Positions 48,260-60,830 are shown, numbered from the whole stretch's first letter. The stretch is DNA of 63,054 nt, filler included, from Licmophora abbreviata (GCA_900291995.1; 12 parts of 12 records of this genome joined end to end with filler, not necessarily neighbours in it), one strand, 5' to 3'. The notes: generated by a model not told the origin, from the letters alone. Numbers and translations are program-made.

Positions 48260-49600
48260 ATGCCTCCCCATGAGTCAGACGCGAATGAGCCTGAGGAAGC
48301 GATCCGCCCATTGCTTCGACTCGCAAAACCTCCTATCGACTATTGCGACACCGCCACGCTGAGAAACCTAACAAAGCTCAATCTTCCCGAATGCGGTCTT
48401 TCCGAACTACCGAGTGCTCTGGGAACGCTCTTGCCCAATCTTAGTATCCTGTTTTGTCCCAAGAACGAGTTTGAGGAGATTCCAGCTGTCATTGGGTCTT
48501 GTTTGAAGCTCCAAATGATCTCCTTCAAGTCGAACAGGAATCTCACGCGCATTCACCCAGATGCCCTCCAGCCTCAGCTTCGGTGGCTCATTTTGACAGA
48601 CAATGAAATTGAGGAACTTCCGACAACCATAGGGCGCTGTACCAAACTTCAGAAATTAATGCTGAGCGGAAATCGACTCAAGAGTATCCCCGACGAAATC
48701 AGTAACTGCATCAATTTGGAGCTGGTTCGCTTGGCTTCGAACCAGCTGAGCGAGCCGCCTATGACTTTGCTCGCGCTTCCGTCTCTGGCATGGATTGGAT
48801 TGTCGGCGAATCCCTTCTTGTTATCAGCTCTGACCTCGGGAACTGCCATTGCCAGTGACTCTTCTCTTGCTGTCATTTCCAACTTCACCGAGGGAAAATT
48901 GCTCGGACAGGGTGCGAGCGGCTTGACCCACCAAGCCGTATTGCTGGAGGACGGCACGGACGTGGCCATCAAGACTTACTTTGGCAACATGACGTCTGAC
49001 GGGAATCCACAGGAAGAGCGTAGACTTGCGCTAACTGCATCGCGACTGCAGTGTTCGTCGTTGATTCATGTGCGAGGACAAACACCCGAAGGAAACTTGG
49101 TCATGGACTTGTTGCGGGAGGTGCGTGTGTTGGCCGACCCTCCATCGATGGAGACCTGTTCGAGAGATGTATACGACGATGATGCTCGAAGAGGGATGAC
49201 TGTGCAACTTGCTCGGAAGATGATAACAAGCTTGTTGGAGGCACTGATGAAACTACACAGCGTCGGTATTTGCCACGGCGACTTTTACGGTCACAATATT
49301 ATATTCCACAGCGACGATGGCACCATTGGTGTCAAACTATCGGACTTTGGAGCGGCGTTTGCGTACGATACAAGCAGTGAATATGGACGGAGCATCGAGC
49401 AAATCGAGATTCGAGCGTTTGGAATATTGGTGAATGAAGTCATTTCTCTGCTGGCGAAGAATGAGGATGCGACAGCAATAGCGAGACAGGAGCTGATCAC
49501 GGAGTTGGAGTCATTGAGGCACGCATGTCGCAAGACTGCCACGACGTTCCCTGAAGTGCACAAGGCATGGTCGAGTGCGGAGCTGAGTTCTACAGTGTAG
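48260..49600 (+). CDS. LRR plus protein kinase (bacterial-like LRR-kinase family)
   Basis: LRRs (LRWLILTDN, LQKLMLSGN, LELVRLASN), then LGQGASG, VAIK, TSDG, HGDFYGHN and LSDFGAA. Confidence 0.85.
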   Translation: MPPHESDANEPEEAIRPLLRLAKPPIDYCDTATLRNLTKLNLPECGLSELPSALGTLLPNLSILFCPKNEFEEIPAVIGSCLKLQMISFKSNRNLTRIHPDALQPQLRWLILTDNEIEELPTTIGRCTKLQKLMLSGNRLKSIPDEISNCINLELVRLASNQLSEPPMTLLALPSLAWIGLSANPFLLSALTSGTAIASDSSLAVISNFTEGKLLGQGASGLTHQAVLLEDGTDVAIKTYFGNMTSDGNPQEERRLALTASRLQCSSLIHVRGQTPEGNLVMDLLREVRVLADPPSMETCSRDVYDDDARRGMTVQLARKMITSLLEALMKLHSVGICHGDFYGHNIIFHSDDGTIGVKLSDFGAAFAYDTSSEYGRSIEQIEIRAFGILVNEVISLLAKNEDATAIARQELITELESLRHACRKTATTFPEVHKAWSSAELSSTV

Positions 49601-49649
49601 AATAATACACGCCGCGTATAGCTCTCTCTCTCTCTTTAGAAGTACTACT

Positions 49650-50306
49650 CTACGCCCGAGGTCCGCCTTGATATCGATAGGGGACCGCCTTCTTTCCTTG
49701 CCTGAGTCTCTCCCGTACCTCTGATTCATCTATACGCCACCTAGTATTGACCTTGTACTTTCCATAGCGATAGATCCATCTCATTTTCGAGGCTGGCGCC
49801 AAGACGTGCAAGTGCAGGTGATTGACAGAATAAAAAGGCGGTACGTGATAGCACAGAATGAAATCCTTCGATTGGTACGCCTCCGGATGGTAGCGTTGAA
49901 CAAGTCGGAGTCCCATGTCTCTCATATCTTCCAAAATGTGTACATCGTCGCCGGGTGATGTCAAGTCGAATAAATTCGGAACGCGGGCTTTCGGAATCAC
50001 CAACGCATGGAGCGGTGCATTCCTAGCCCTATCCTGAAATGCGAGCAGCGTATGCGACTCGTCGAATACCCTGGCCGGCAATTCTCCACGCAATATACTG
50101 CCAAACACGGTCGGATTCCTTGCATAGTCCACTGTGGGAGGCGGCTCGTGAAAGACAGACGTTAGGCCGATCGCATCTGCGGACGGTGGTGGCGGCATCA
50201 GTGATGTGTTCTTGGAATAGGAGTATGCTGCTGATGTCGACGTTTGGGGAGCTATTATCAGCGCTAGGATGCTTTGTATCGCAGCCTGACGACTCCGTAG
50301 ATTCAT
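49650..50306 (-). CDS. HIT-family protein, HINT3-like
   Basis: VFGSILRGE, AFQD...APLHALVIPK and HVPPFYSVNHLHLHVL. Confidence 0.85.
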   Translation of the reverse strand: MNLRSRQAAIQSILALIIAPQTSTSAAYSYSKNTSLMPPPPSADAIGLTSVFHEPPPTVDYARNPTVFGSILRGELPARVFDESHTLLAFQDRARNAPLHALVIPKARVPNLFDLTSPGDDVHILEDMRDMGLRLVQRYHPEAYQSKDFILCYHVPPFYSVNHLHLHVLAPASKMRWIYRYGKYKVNTRWRIDESEVRERLRQGKKAVPYRYQGGPRA

Positions 50307-50671
50307 GAAAAGGAAGAGAGGATAATAATTGTACTACGGTATAGACAACACGAGCAGCAACAGTGTAGTGGACGCAGTGAGCGGCCACGCTGTCGTGTCG
50401 CGATACATCGATACATGATTTGCTCTCTTCACACGGCGGCGCTCGTCATGAGCGCGCGAGGCGACACCCACACATCTGGTTACGACGACCCGTGTCCGGT
50501 CATATTCATGTACACCCCCACATTGCAGAGTATCACCGACCTTGTTGACAAACAACGGGTGTCCTATTGTATTTGAAACAGCCTAAAGAGTACTGCAATG
50601 CGGAACATGCATTTGGATTGAACAGTGCCGTCCCGGATGTCGTACTATACACTACTATTATAACATTACCA

Positions 50672-52376
50672 CTACATCCATAAAGCTCGGTACCTCCGCA
50701 TAATCTCTTCTTTCACCTGTTTCTCTTCTCTCGCCGCGTCGGGATGAAAGACCAAATCATACATGAACAAGGTTGCTCGTTCGGCAATCGCCTGGGCGTC
50801 TTTGTCGTTCTCAATCACCCACTGTACCATCTCTTCTGCGTTGCTGCCGTTTGGATGAATGGGAATATAGTGCTGGTTGACGACGACGAGTTGACGCATA
50901 GCGATGACGATGAAACAGAGGACTTGTTAGCGCACTTGCACTACACCATAGAGTTTACAAAACATGTACACGTACCACCCACGGTTCCAAGAGTTCCTCC
51001 ATGGCCCATGAGGTTCGAGTCGGAGGAGGCATAATTACGACCGAGTTGCTTAACAGATTCCACTTGAGTCCACTGGACACATCGTTCCCTTCAAAGCTCA
51101 GTATCGCCTTGTATCGAAGGAAGCCCCGAACAGATATGGAGCGCTTTACGACACGTACGCCGTCGACGGATCGCGATGTGAGCCAACCCAGATGCTTCGT
51201 GAGGCCTGCATCGATCGACTTGATCTTGTTAGCTTCGTAGACAAACCAACAGCGTTGATTGCTTTGGCACTTTTCCAGGTCGGTCTTACTGCTAGAAACG
51301 CCATCCGTGGTACCAGACATGACTCCACGCCAAATCGCAGTCGGTCTCTTGCGCTCCCAGGGAATGTCGTACTTGTGAAGGCCATTCAATGGCTTCCAGT
51401 GTCGATTACCCCCCAGTTTCCAAATTATGGGAGAGAGCGTATTTTTATTCTGTAACGATGATGACGATTGTCGTATTGCATCAGTTAAAAGTGGGAGACC
51501 TGGGCGATGCGACGACGACGACAAGCACGAGCCGTCGTCGTTGTTCCCTTGCTTGGAAATCGTCGCATGCGTCGTAATTTGCTCCACAGATTCCTTGGTG
51601 GCTGCGGCACCACGAAACTTGGCAAAAATTGGGATTATCATTGTATCCATAATGGAGGTGATTGTGCAATCACCAAATTGAGCAATAATGGGGTAGTACG
51701 AGGCGGAGTTATCGCTCGCAGCAGCAGCATGATACAGATGATGGCGGTCGTAAATGTCCAACATGTCCAAGACATCGACACAGTACTTGTCCATGTTGTT
51801 TCTCAGGTATACGCGGTCGTCGGTCGGTCGCCTGCCGTAGAAGAGGGTTTCAAATCGATACGGCCACTTGGGTCTAGCGCAGTCTTCAACAACACTACGA
51901 GTAATGAGAAAAGGACGGTCCGGTCGAATGGTAGTGTCCAGCGTCAGTGATAGTCTAGAGGATGTGCTGTTTTGGAACAGAAATTCAATTTTCTGGTCGT
52001 AATGATGCTGCTTGTCCGGGTGGTTCATGACTAGTTCGTAGCGAGTACCATTCTCAGTGGGTGATGGTGATGCAGTACCGGAACAGGGTGGCAAGTACCA
52101 GTTGTGCATGTACAACTTGACTCGTTCTTGGACAGAAGGAAATCTTTCGGAACGAGGCAGGCTTAATTTGGATTCCGAGAAGGCGTAGTAGTGGTTCTGC
52201 GACTGATCATTGCCGCCTTGTTGTGCTAGCAACACCCACGGCGGCGACCAGAACAAGTGAAAATTGAAAGAAGCAAGGAGCAACAGGGCTCCATAGCATA
52301 TCCGTCGTAACAACGTCAATTTCCAGAGAGCACCGTGAGTACTCTCTGTCGACCCGCTGCCCTTGCGGAGCTTCAT
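50672..52376 (-). CDS. Glycosyltransferase family 90 (CAP10/KDELC-like) type II membrane protein
   Basis: N-terminal [16 protein letters not shown] and [27 protein letters not shown] is joined by an intron at about 50873-50975. Confidence 0.88.
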
Positions 52377-52615
52377 TTGGGTTTTGGTGTGTGTACGACG
52401 GCGCCGGCAATGTGACTTTTTCTCATGGTCGCATCGCCGGCCGATTCGGATGTACTCTATCCAGCGTGCATCATCGCGCGATATGCGCGCTGAGCTCGAA
52501 ACATCTCGCAAAAGAGAAAGTTGGCGTCAAATTTGGAACAAAAAGAGACTTCAGATCACAGCATCACACATTCATCGACGTCGATACTCTTTTGTCGCCT
52601 TCTTCATCATACAGC

Positions 52616-55600
52616 ATGGGAGTCAAGGGACTTTGGAGGCTCTTACTACCAATCGGTCGGCGGATATCCATCGAAACGTTGGAAGGCAAGATTCTAGCGA
52701 TCGATGCGAGTATATGGCTGACGCAATTCCTAAAGGCCATGCGCGATCCACAGACGGGCAGCGTCCTCCCCGCAGCACACTTGATTGGATTCCTTCGGAG
52801 ATTATCCAAATTACGATTCCATGGGATCCGACCAGTCCTTGTCTTTGATGGGGCGACGCCTGAAATTAAGTTGCGAGAACTTCAACAGAGACGACAACGA
52901 AGGGAGCAGTTTGCGAGTGAGTCGAATGCGTCCAATCTGCAACGACTGGCCAAGAGACTCTTGATGGAACAATTGCAAAAAGAAAAGCTCGAAAAAATGG
53001 CAAAACAGGGAAAAACTAAGAGTAGGAATGGAGCGTTTGCTCCTGGATTCACCTTGGAAGAAGAGCAAGAGCAAGTACCGGGAGAGGAGGAGAAGGTCAT
53101 CAATGTAGATGATCCAGACCAATCCGTCAGGGCTAAACCTCATCCATTACAGGAAGAAGAGGATGTGCTGGTTGATTGTACTGGTCTGGAAGCTATTTGG
53201 AAAGAGCCTTTGAATCAGGAATCTACCCCAAATGACTGGGATCAACCGATTGTCCTTGACGAAGACGACGAGATATCGAACGACGATCGAGATGACGACG
53301 ACCGACAACAAGTACAACCACCTCATCATCACCACGACGGCAACGAACAGTTTAGTATCGATCGCATATCCTCATTGCCCTCTAGTATGCGCAAGGAAGC
53401 GATTGAAAACGCCAAGCGTCAGCAGCGTATGAAGAGTCGACGAGAATTTATGCCTGTTGCCGGTCAACCGGATCAATACTCGCAAACACAGTTGCGGAAC
53501 TTTTTGCGGAGCAGTCGACTCAATCAGGATATTGTTAGTATGGTACAACAGCAAAATAGAAATGATGGCTGCTGCGGTGATGGTCACATAATTGGGGAGC
53601 GGGTAGCGTCGGACTCATCGCGGCGGATTGTGTTCACCAAGGAGATCACGACGACGGGCAAAAGTAGGCCCATGACGACTGGCAGTGACGGGGCTGGGCA
53701 TGACTGGAAGCGACTTCACAAGGAGACGTCATTGCGCAAAGATGACGGCGACGAGGAATTCGAGTGGGACGAGAGTTCTGGACAAGCAAAGCATGATGAA
53801 TTGGAGGATTGCAATAGCCGGGACCACCTGAAGCTATCTCCACAGAACCTTGGTAGGAAGAGGCCTGCTGTGGTTAACAGCGATGACGACGACTCGACAG
53901 TGTACGCCACATCGGCAGTCACAACACGAGACTCTGGTGGTGGATTTCTAAATGAGGAATCTTCGGTTTTTCCTCTGGATGCTCGCGTCAAGGAACGAGC
54001 GAGTGCAGTCACTGAGGAAGGTGACTTTCTCAGTTCGTCTCGCTCACCTCCTCTAAATGATGATCATGAAGGTTTCGTTTTGGGGAATCAATCTATTTCA
54101 GCACCTTTTGCTGACAGAGAGCGCTTCCCAATAGCGTCTTCCACTCGCGGCAATGCAGTTCAGGAGCTTGAGGATGCTTGTCTAGCACGGGCGCTTCAGG
54201 AGAGCGAGGCACCCATGTTTCAATCTCAGGACCGCGAACGGCTCCGAGACAAGAGGCTCCCGGAGATGGCCGAGATGGAAACGATATCATCGACAGTGAG
54301 AACGAGTCCGACGAAACTGTTGACTGGGAAGATGCGGACTCTGGAAAAGACGATATGCTACCTGGCGGCGCACTGGCGGAGGTAGAGCAGAGCGAGCACA
54401 GGCGGCGTTTCCTTGATTTCGATGTTAGAAACTCGACACATGGTCATCCTCTTACGAAGGACTCGGAGGAAGAATCATTTTGCAAGGAGGAGTTTCGAAG
54501 TGGATCGGGTGAGCGAGTTGAAGGCATTCATGACGCGTCGCTCACGGTTAAGACAGAAAGTGTCCGCCTCGTCGCTGCACCTTCGAACAAGCTCACCCAG
54601 ACGGATCCCTTGCCTGAAGAAAGTGTCGATGAAGTCGGGCAAGAAAATGCGCAGCAAGATGGAAATAGCCAAGCTCTCGCACACGCTCAGGAAACAGCAT
54701 CTCATCTGACGGACTGGGCTGCGCGCGCATTTCGAAGGGCGATCGCCCAGCACGAAGAAGAGCAAGGATTGCGTCATAGTGGCAGTTTTGAGAGTCATGC
54801 CGAGAAAGAGACTGACATGCCTGCTTCAGAGAACGCTGCGACCGGAACCGTTTCGCAATCGTTATCACAGGAAGCAGCCTCTCACTCTGAAAATATTGAG
54901 AAGCGCCCTGAACGCAGTGTTGTTGATGTAACGAACGCAGGAGCTCGCGCGACCGGTGACCCAAATTTGCCGATGACTGCGTCTCTTGCGGATGTTGTGG
55001 CGGGCGTCTCCGAAGATCGCCAAAGACAAGAAAGAGACGCAGGCACTATTACCGACGAAGTGAAGGCTGAGATATTGGAGCTCATCCAGTTGTTTGGAAT
55101 CCCGTATGTTGAAGCACCTGCAGAAGCTGAGGCTCAGTGTGTTGCGCTGGAAGAGATGGGACTGGTCGACGGTATGTCACTGAAGACAGCGATGTTTTCG
55201 TATTCGGTGGCACAACAGTGTACAAGAACATTTTCGACGATCAAAAGTACGTCGAAGTCTACCGCTCCGAGGATGCTAAGCGAGATTTAGCTCTCGGTCG
55301 GAACGAAATGATTGCTCTAGCGATGCTGATGGGTGGAGATTACACTGAAGGCGTGAAAGGAGTCGGCATTGTGAACGGAATGGAAATCCTCCAGGCTTTT
55401 GATGTATCGGAGAATCTCAAAAGCGGACTAAGCGCTTTTCGTCAATGGCTGGACGGATTCGACCCGGCTGGGATAGAGAAGTTGAACGCGGAGCATGACT
55501 CATTGTCCCTGAGAAATGCTTTTCAGGCCAAGCATAGGACGGCTCGGTCTCGCTGGATCGCGCCGAGATACTTTCCTGCCGACAACGTTCTCAACGCGTA

Positions 55601-55937
55601 TGTGAACCCAGTGGTTGATCGCTCGAGCGAGACATTCACTTGGGGAATGCCCGATTTGGATAGTCTTCTGGTCTTTTGTCGGTTGAAGCTGGGTTGGGAT
55701 GAACATGATACAAAAAGGCTCATTGAGCCTGTGCTTGAGCGCCTGGAGAACCCCAGTCGTCAAACGCGGCTGGACTCATTCTTCATGTCGTATGATGACA
55801 ACATAAAGTTTGCCAATGTCAGGTCCAAGCGATTACGAGATGTTTTCAATATCATCCAGGAGAGTCGCGACGGTAGCGCGGAGGCCAACAGTGCCATCGC
55901 AACTAAAAGGACAAAGACGGGGATCGCTCATGACTGA
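52616..55937 (+). CDS. ERCC5: XPG/RAD2 endonuclease (frameshifts near 54250 and 55175)
   Basis: N-domain [16 protein letters not shown] and PVLVFDG. I-domain [21 protein letters not shown] and GGDYTEG. PIP-box QTRLDSFF. Confidence 0.92.
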
Positions 55938-56039
55938 CAACTATAAGTAATCCTAATAGATTCTGTTTTGACTGAGGCGGTGCTCATATATATGAAAAGT
56001 AGTGCTACTATACAGTTGCATATTTTCTTCCAAGTCAGC

Positions 56040-56663
56040 CTAGCATCCTTCTTCATGCTTTGGTGGATTGGTGAGTGATGTCACAATTAATTCAATTTGA
56101 GGCCGGAATCGATAGCATTCTTCTCCAAAAGTGAACGCCAGATAGCTGGTAAGTTTCTTTTCCAGAAGGGTGTGAAACTTCCACATGATCGTCTCATAGG
56201 TGGCGTCCGTGTCGTCACCGCTGAGATCTCTATTACCACTATCTACCGCGAACTGCTGACTGCGAGCCAAACTGAGCAGACTTGTGTCCATAGGTGTGTT
56301 GGAATAGGTGAGTTTGCCTCTGCCATGCCACGTCCATCCGGACTCAAGCGGCCGAAAATCTGAGCACTCAATAGATGATATGTTTTGCACCGGCGCCATA
56401 ATGTGCCCCATTTGTGATCCCATTTCCTCGATAACCATCCTTACTGCGTCTCCTACCTCTCCTGACTCAAGTTTTTCTAAGCAAGCTCTGTCACTGCTTA
56501 GATTCTTGATGTTGATTTCTTGCAAGAAGTGCCTCTCGTTTGAAGACGTTGCGTCCCGACGTGTGAGATTTGGCCTTTTCCCTCGGACGCTTCCTGCGAA
56601 AACTGGATTGCACGCCAAGAACAATGCAACAAGGAAAGCAATCATCGGCATCACTCGTGACAT
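56040..56663 (-). CDS. Secreted hypothetical protein, paralog A
   Basis: Signal peptide ending VFAG-SVRG. Motifs are shared with the neighbouring gene. Confidence 0.6.
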   Translation of the reverse strand: MSRVMPMIAFLVALFLACNPVFAGSVRGKRPNLTRRDATSSNERHFLQEINIKNLSSDRACLEKLESGEVGDAVRMVIEEMGSQMGHIMAPVQNISSIECSDFRPLESGWTWHGRGKLTYSNTPMDTSLLSLARSQQFAVDSGNRDLSGDDTDATYETIMWKFHTLLEKKLTSYLAFTFGEECYRFRPQIELIVTSLTNPPKHEEGC

Positions 56664-57023
56664 GGTGGTGGCAGTGCTGAACTGTGGCCGGAAAGTTGTT
56701 TTTGTACCGGTAGTGTAGTGGTGGGGTGGTGGGCCATTTGCGCCGAATGTAGTCATAATGTGAGGCAATTGTGCCGAGTATGATAGAGATTCATTCGATT
56801 CTCTTGTCTCAAAAATGTCCCGATGAGAACCCCAAATTCGAAAATACATATAAGCCCTATCATGACCAAGGTGACCTAGATCAGACAAACAACAAAAGGA
56901 GAACTTGCGAAGCAAGCTCGGTATCCCTACACACGAGCGACAACGTGCGCAATAGATACATTTGAATTACAATCGTTCTCTTCTATGTGTAGACGTACAA
57001 AAATAAAGGGAATTACTTTCATG

Positions 57024-57755
57024 TTAACAGTCTGACATGGTAGCCTCGTACAGAGAACCAACAGGTGTGATGAAGCAGTCAACATCTGTCGTGGGTTCGA
57101 AACAGGTATCTCCAACTGTTTCATTCAAGTGCACAAATATTCTAGTCTTCAACAAGGACCGATAGTTCCAGAGTATTGAGTCAAACGTGAAATCCGACCC
57201 ATCTACTGTTTCCATTCGATACCCATCCGACTTTCTCAAGGCACTGTCCGTTTCAAGGTTGTCGGATGTGGCCGGTGTCAACGACCCAGTTTGGTTGGTT
57301 TGCTCCAATCGTTCGTTATTGGTCATGCCCCTTGTACTACCACAAAACATGGTGTGTCCCCCACCGCCCCATAGCCACCCAGTACTATGGGAAATGTCTA
57401 GCCGTCGGGACTTACTGCACATACTCGATCTCAAACTTGGTTTTGCGGCCATTGATCCGATCATTTCCAATCCCACCGACGTGGCAATCTTGTCGATCGC
57501 CTGTCCCATCGCTACCGACGAGATTTGACTCTGGCACATGTCATTGTCTGTAACGTTCGTTACCATGATTTCTGTCGTGTAGTATCCTTGTTTCCCATTC
57601 ACGGATCCCGAGCCACAGTCGGGTATCTTCAACACTCTTCTGTAGAGATCTTCGCCGATAGCCGCCGGCCTCGACCCCCCGCGAATACTTCCTGCTCTAC
57701 ATTGCCCCAGGAAAGCAAAAGATAGACTGTAAATGAATGCGGTGCGAAGAAACAT
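57024..57755 (-). CDS. Secreted hypothetical protein, paralog B
   Basis: Signal peptide ending CRAG-SIRGG. Motifs are shared with the neighbouring gene. Confidence 0.6.
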   Translation of the reverse strand: MFLRTAFIYSLSFAFLGQCRAGSIRGGSRPAAIGEDLYRRVLKIPDCGSGSVNGKQGYYTTEIMVTNVTDNDMCQSQISSVAMGQAIDKIATSVGLEMIGSMAAKPSLRSSMCSKSRRLDISHSTGWLWGGGGHTMFCGSTRGMTNNERLEQTNQTGSLTPATSDNLETDSALRKSDGYRMETVDGSDFTFDSILWNYRSLLKTRIFVHLNETVGDTCFEPTTDVDCFITPVGSLYEATMSDC

Positions 57756-58272
57756 GGTGGTAAAGGGCCGAGGAGTGGCATTTTGTGGCTGTTTCACGGT
57801 TCACAGTTTTCAGATTCAATTCGGCCCAAGGCTCAATCACGAGAGGCCCAAAGTTTAAATAGGCTTGTGATTGGTCATTCTACAATGACATAATATAGTC
57901 TTGCCGTCTGACGGATGAGCAAAGATCGGCGACGCGCGACGTCCAATCGAAGTTTGGCGGAAAATGCGACACTCCGACTGTTTTGGATCCAGCTGTTCGT
58001 AGCGATCGCAAAGCGTTGACCACACTGTGACACGATGGGGTGTTGTTGAGTGGGGCCGACATCTACCCATCCAGGTACGACGAAAGTGCTACTGTAAGAC
58101 AGCTCGATAGCATTCGCTCAATATAAAACTGATCTACGACAAGTAAACTGTGCAACTCGCTGATTTTGGATTCTCAAACTGTTGGGGGGCACCATCTAAT
58201 TCTCTGCTTGGACTTGAACTTATTCACAGAGCTGTAGTCCTACCATCTCCAAGTTTCGTCGTTGCAGATACC

Positions 58273-59040
58273 ATGAAAGCGTTCACAGAGTCCGTCAGCG
58301 AAAGCAAGTCTCACTCGCCTTTTGCGTTTGACAAGTCGAGTTCTTTTCTTTCCGAGGGCGACGTTGCTTCCGTAACGGACACCGAAGTATCTTTTGACAT
58401 TGTGTCAGACACCGCTTGGCTGGATGGGGAATCCGTTACCCCCGCTCCTCGAAGAATGCCGCTTCAATGGGAGTTCAAGGGTCTCACACTCTGGATCGAG
58501 TTTGAGGAGTTCGAGAATGATTTGACAACTGCTGTTCACGACGCAGCCTTTTACTACGGCACGGAGATTATCCCGACACCTCATGCGACAGCGATCTATG
58601 GAATGCAGCACTTGTCGGTTCAGGAAGCTAAGGGGAAGCTTCATAAAGTTCCTTCAATTCTTCCTAAAGGCAAATGGCCAGACATGGATCACCCAGTGGC
58701 GATAAAGCAGGATATTGCTCAGGAAGGCCGACCTGGCCAGGTCTGCTCCATCTCGTGGGCTGAGCTCACACTTCAGACCAGCGATGCTCACGAGGCAGCT
58801 CTAGATGAATTGTATCGCTTGTTTGAACTTGGACCCCGCCAGGGACCTTGGACGCCACACATTAGTATTGCGTACGACAATCCTGAGGAGACTGTTTTAG
58901 ACCTCGGCGATACTATCTCGTACGTTGCGCGCCACCCCAGTCTCCTTGCCAAGAAGCGACGAGTGAACGCCATCTCACTCTGGGATACGAATGGCAAATT
59001 GGCAGACTGGAGGTGCCTTGATAGAATAGAGTTTGGCTGA
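58273..59040 (+). CDS. 2H phosphoesterase (cyclic phosphodiesterase-like)
   Basis: Two HxT/S motifs, PHATAIYG and PHISIAY. Confidence 0.8.
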   Translation: MKAFTESVSESKSHSPFAFDKSSSFLSEGDVASVTDTEVSFDIVSDTAWLDGESVTPAPRRMPLQWEFKGLTLWIEFEEFENDLTTAVHDAAFYYGTEIIPTPHATAIYGMQHLSVQEAKGKLHKVPSILPKGKWPDMDHPVAIKQDIAQEGRPGQVCSISWAELTLQTSDAHEAALDELYRLFELGPRQGPWTPHISIAYDNPEETVLDLGDTISYVARHPSLLAKKRRVNAISLWDTNGKLADWRCLDRIEFG

Positions 59041-59361
59041 GTGATTTATAATAATAGAGATACTACATTGCATTGTATCGCCATGTCATACGAGAGCAAC
59101 ACNNNNNNNNNNNNNNNNNNNNNNNNNNNNNNNNNNNNNNNNNNNNTTAATTAATTAANNNNNNNNNNNNNNNNNNNNNNNNNNNNNNNNNNNNNNNNNN
59201 NNATAGAGTTTGGCCAGTAGAGTCATCGGATCGACTGAGTGATTTATAATAATAGAGATACTACATTGCATTGTATCGCCATGTCATACGAGAGCAACAC
59301 AATGTTCATATGAAGTTAAATACAAAATCCGTTTACAGTTCTTATCCGTTAGCTAGACCCT

Positions 59362-60730
59362 TCATAAACGCTTCTCTTGGAGCTTGCCGGAATCCTTCTG
59401 GCCCATCTTTCCTCGGAGGACATAACGCTCGTATCCCCAACTGACCAAGGCAAAGACGATACCGTACAAGGCAACGACGGCCAACAGCGGAGCCTGAATC
59501 GGATCAATATACGCAAGCGCACCACCCAATACGGGTCCAATCATGCCGGCACCGCTCTCGACGGCCGCAAGAATTCCAAAAAGTCCTCCAATCTCATCCG
59601 AGGGCGCCAAGTGGCTCGTGTCGGCCGTCAGTACAGTATTAACGACACCCAACGACATGACGATGCCTGCAAACATGACATAGACCGCCACCAGACTCGA
59701 CGTTTGAAATGCAATGTAACGCCCTGCACCTAGCAGGACACAGCACGCGAGAATCACTCGGACCCGTCCCGAGTTCGTCTTTGTTCCAAAATGTTTCAGT
59801 AGCAATTTGGCTACAAAGCCTTGCGATACAGCATAGGTCAGACCAATAAACGACATGAACTTGCCGTGATCGGCGGGGCCAAAATCAAAACGCTCCTTGA
59901 GCGACGCCATCCAGATAGTCTGGAAAATGTGATAGGCGAGAGCCATGCAAGTCCGTACAGTCATGAAGAGCAGTGCCGCCGGTGTCCGTGCGGCCGGAAC
60001 GGAAAGGAAGCCTATCAGTAAGCTAGAAGGCGCTGGACCATTTTTCTCAGCGCCGTTTGATTCTGCATTGACACTGGGTATTTGTAGAATCAGCACAAAG
60101 GACACGACAGCACAGAGCATGGCGACCAATATCGCCTGATCATAGGTCTGTAGCACAGTCGCTCCAAGTAATGGCCCGGCCATGAATGCTAAGCCTGCTG
60201 CCATTCCTACGAGACCCACACTCCCGGCTCGGTCCGAGGAAGACACTTTCTCTTCCGAAGAGAAAGCCGCGACTGCATCGTAGTAATCGCTAAACAGTGC
60301 CTTGACGACGCTGAAATTCTGTTGAAAGAGCGATCCCGGAATCAAGCTGACCCACATGCCTTGGATGGAAAAGGTATTTGCTGCCACGAACAAACCAGTC
60401 AATGTCGCAAGAGATCCCACCAGCATGCAGAGCTTGCGAGCACCGCCCCATGCACTCCATGCAGTCGAGTCTGACCACCTTCCCACCACTGCACTCCCCA
60501 CTAAGGATAATGCCGATCGAGCGGACATCATGCTCCCAAGACACATGGAATCACAGCCCAACGCATCACGTCGACTCTGCATGTGTGGTAATGTTAATGA
60601 GAACGACATTGTCAGCAGCGCAATGGACATGGATCCATACATGACTCCTTTCTTGAGGTTTCGCATGGCATGTGCCAATTCAGAGTTTGCTGATGACGAT
60701 GACGACAATGTCCCGTCGGTATGATCGCCG
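59362..60730 (-). CDS. MFS transporter (SLC22A18/TetA-like), 5' end may extend into gap
   Basis: About 12 TM segments, VVGRWSD, GLAFMAGPLLG and AGMIGPVLGG. Confidence 0.85.
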
Positions 60731-60830
60731 NNNNNNNNNNNNNNNNNNNNNNNNNNNNNNNNNNNNNNNNNNNNTTAATTAATTAANNNNNNNNNNNNNN
60801 NNNNNNNNNNNNNNNNNNNNNNNNNNNNNN

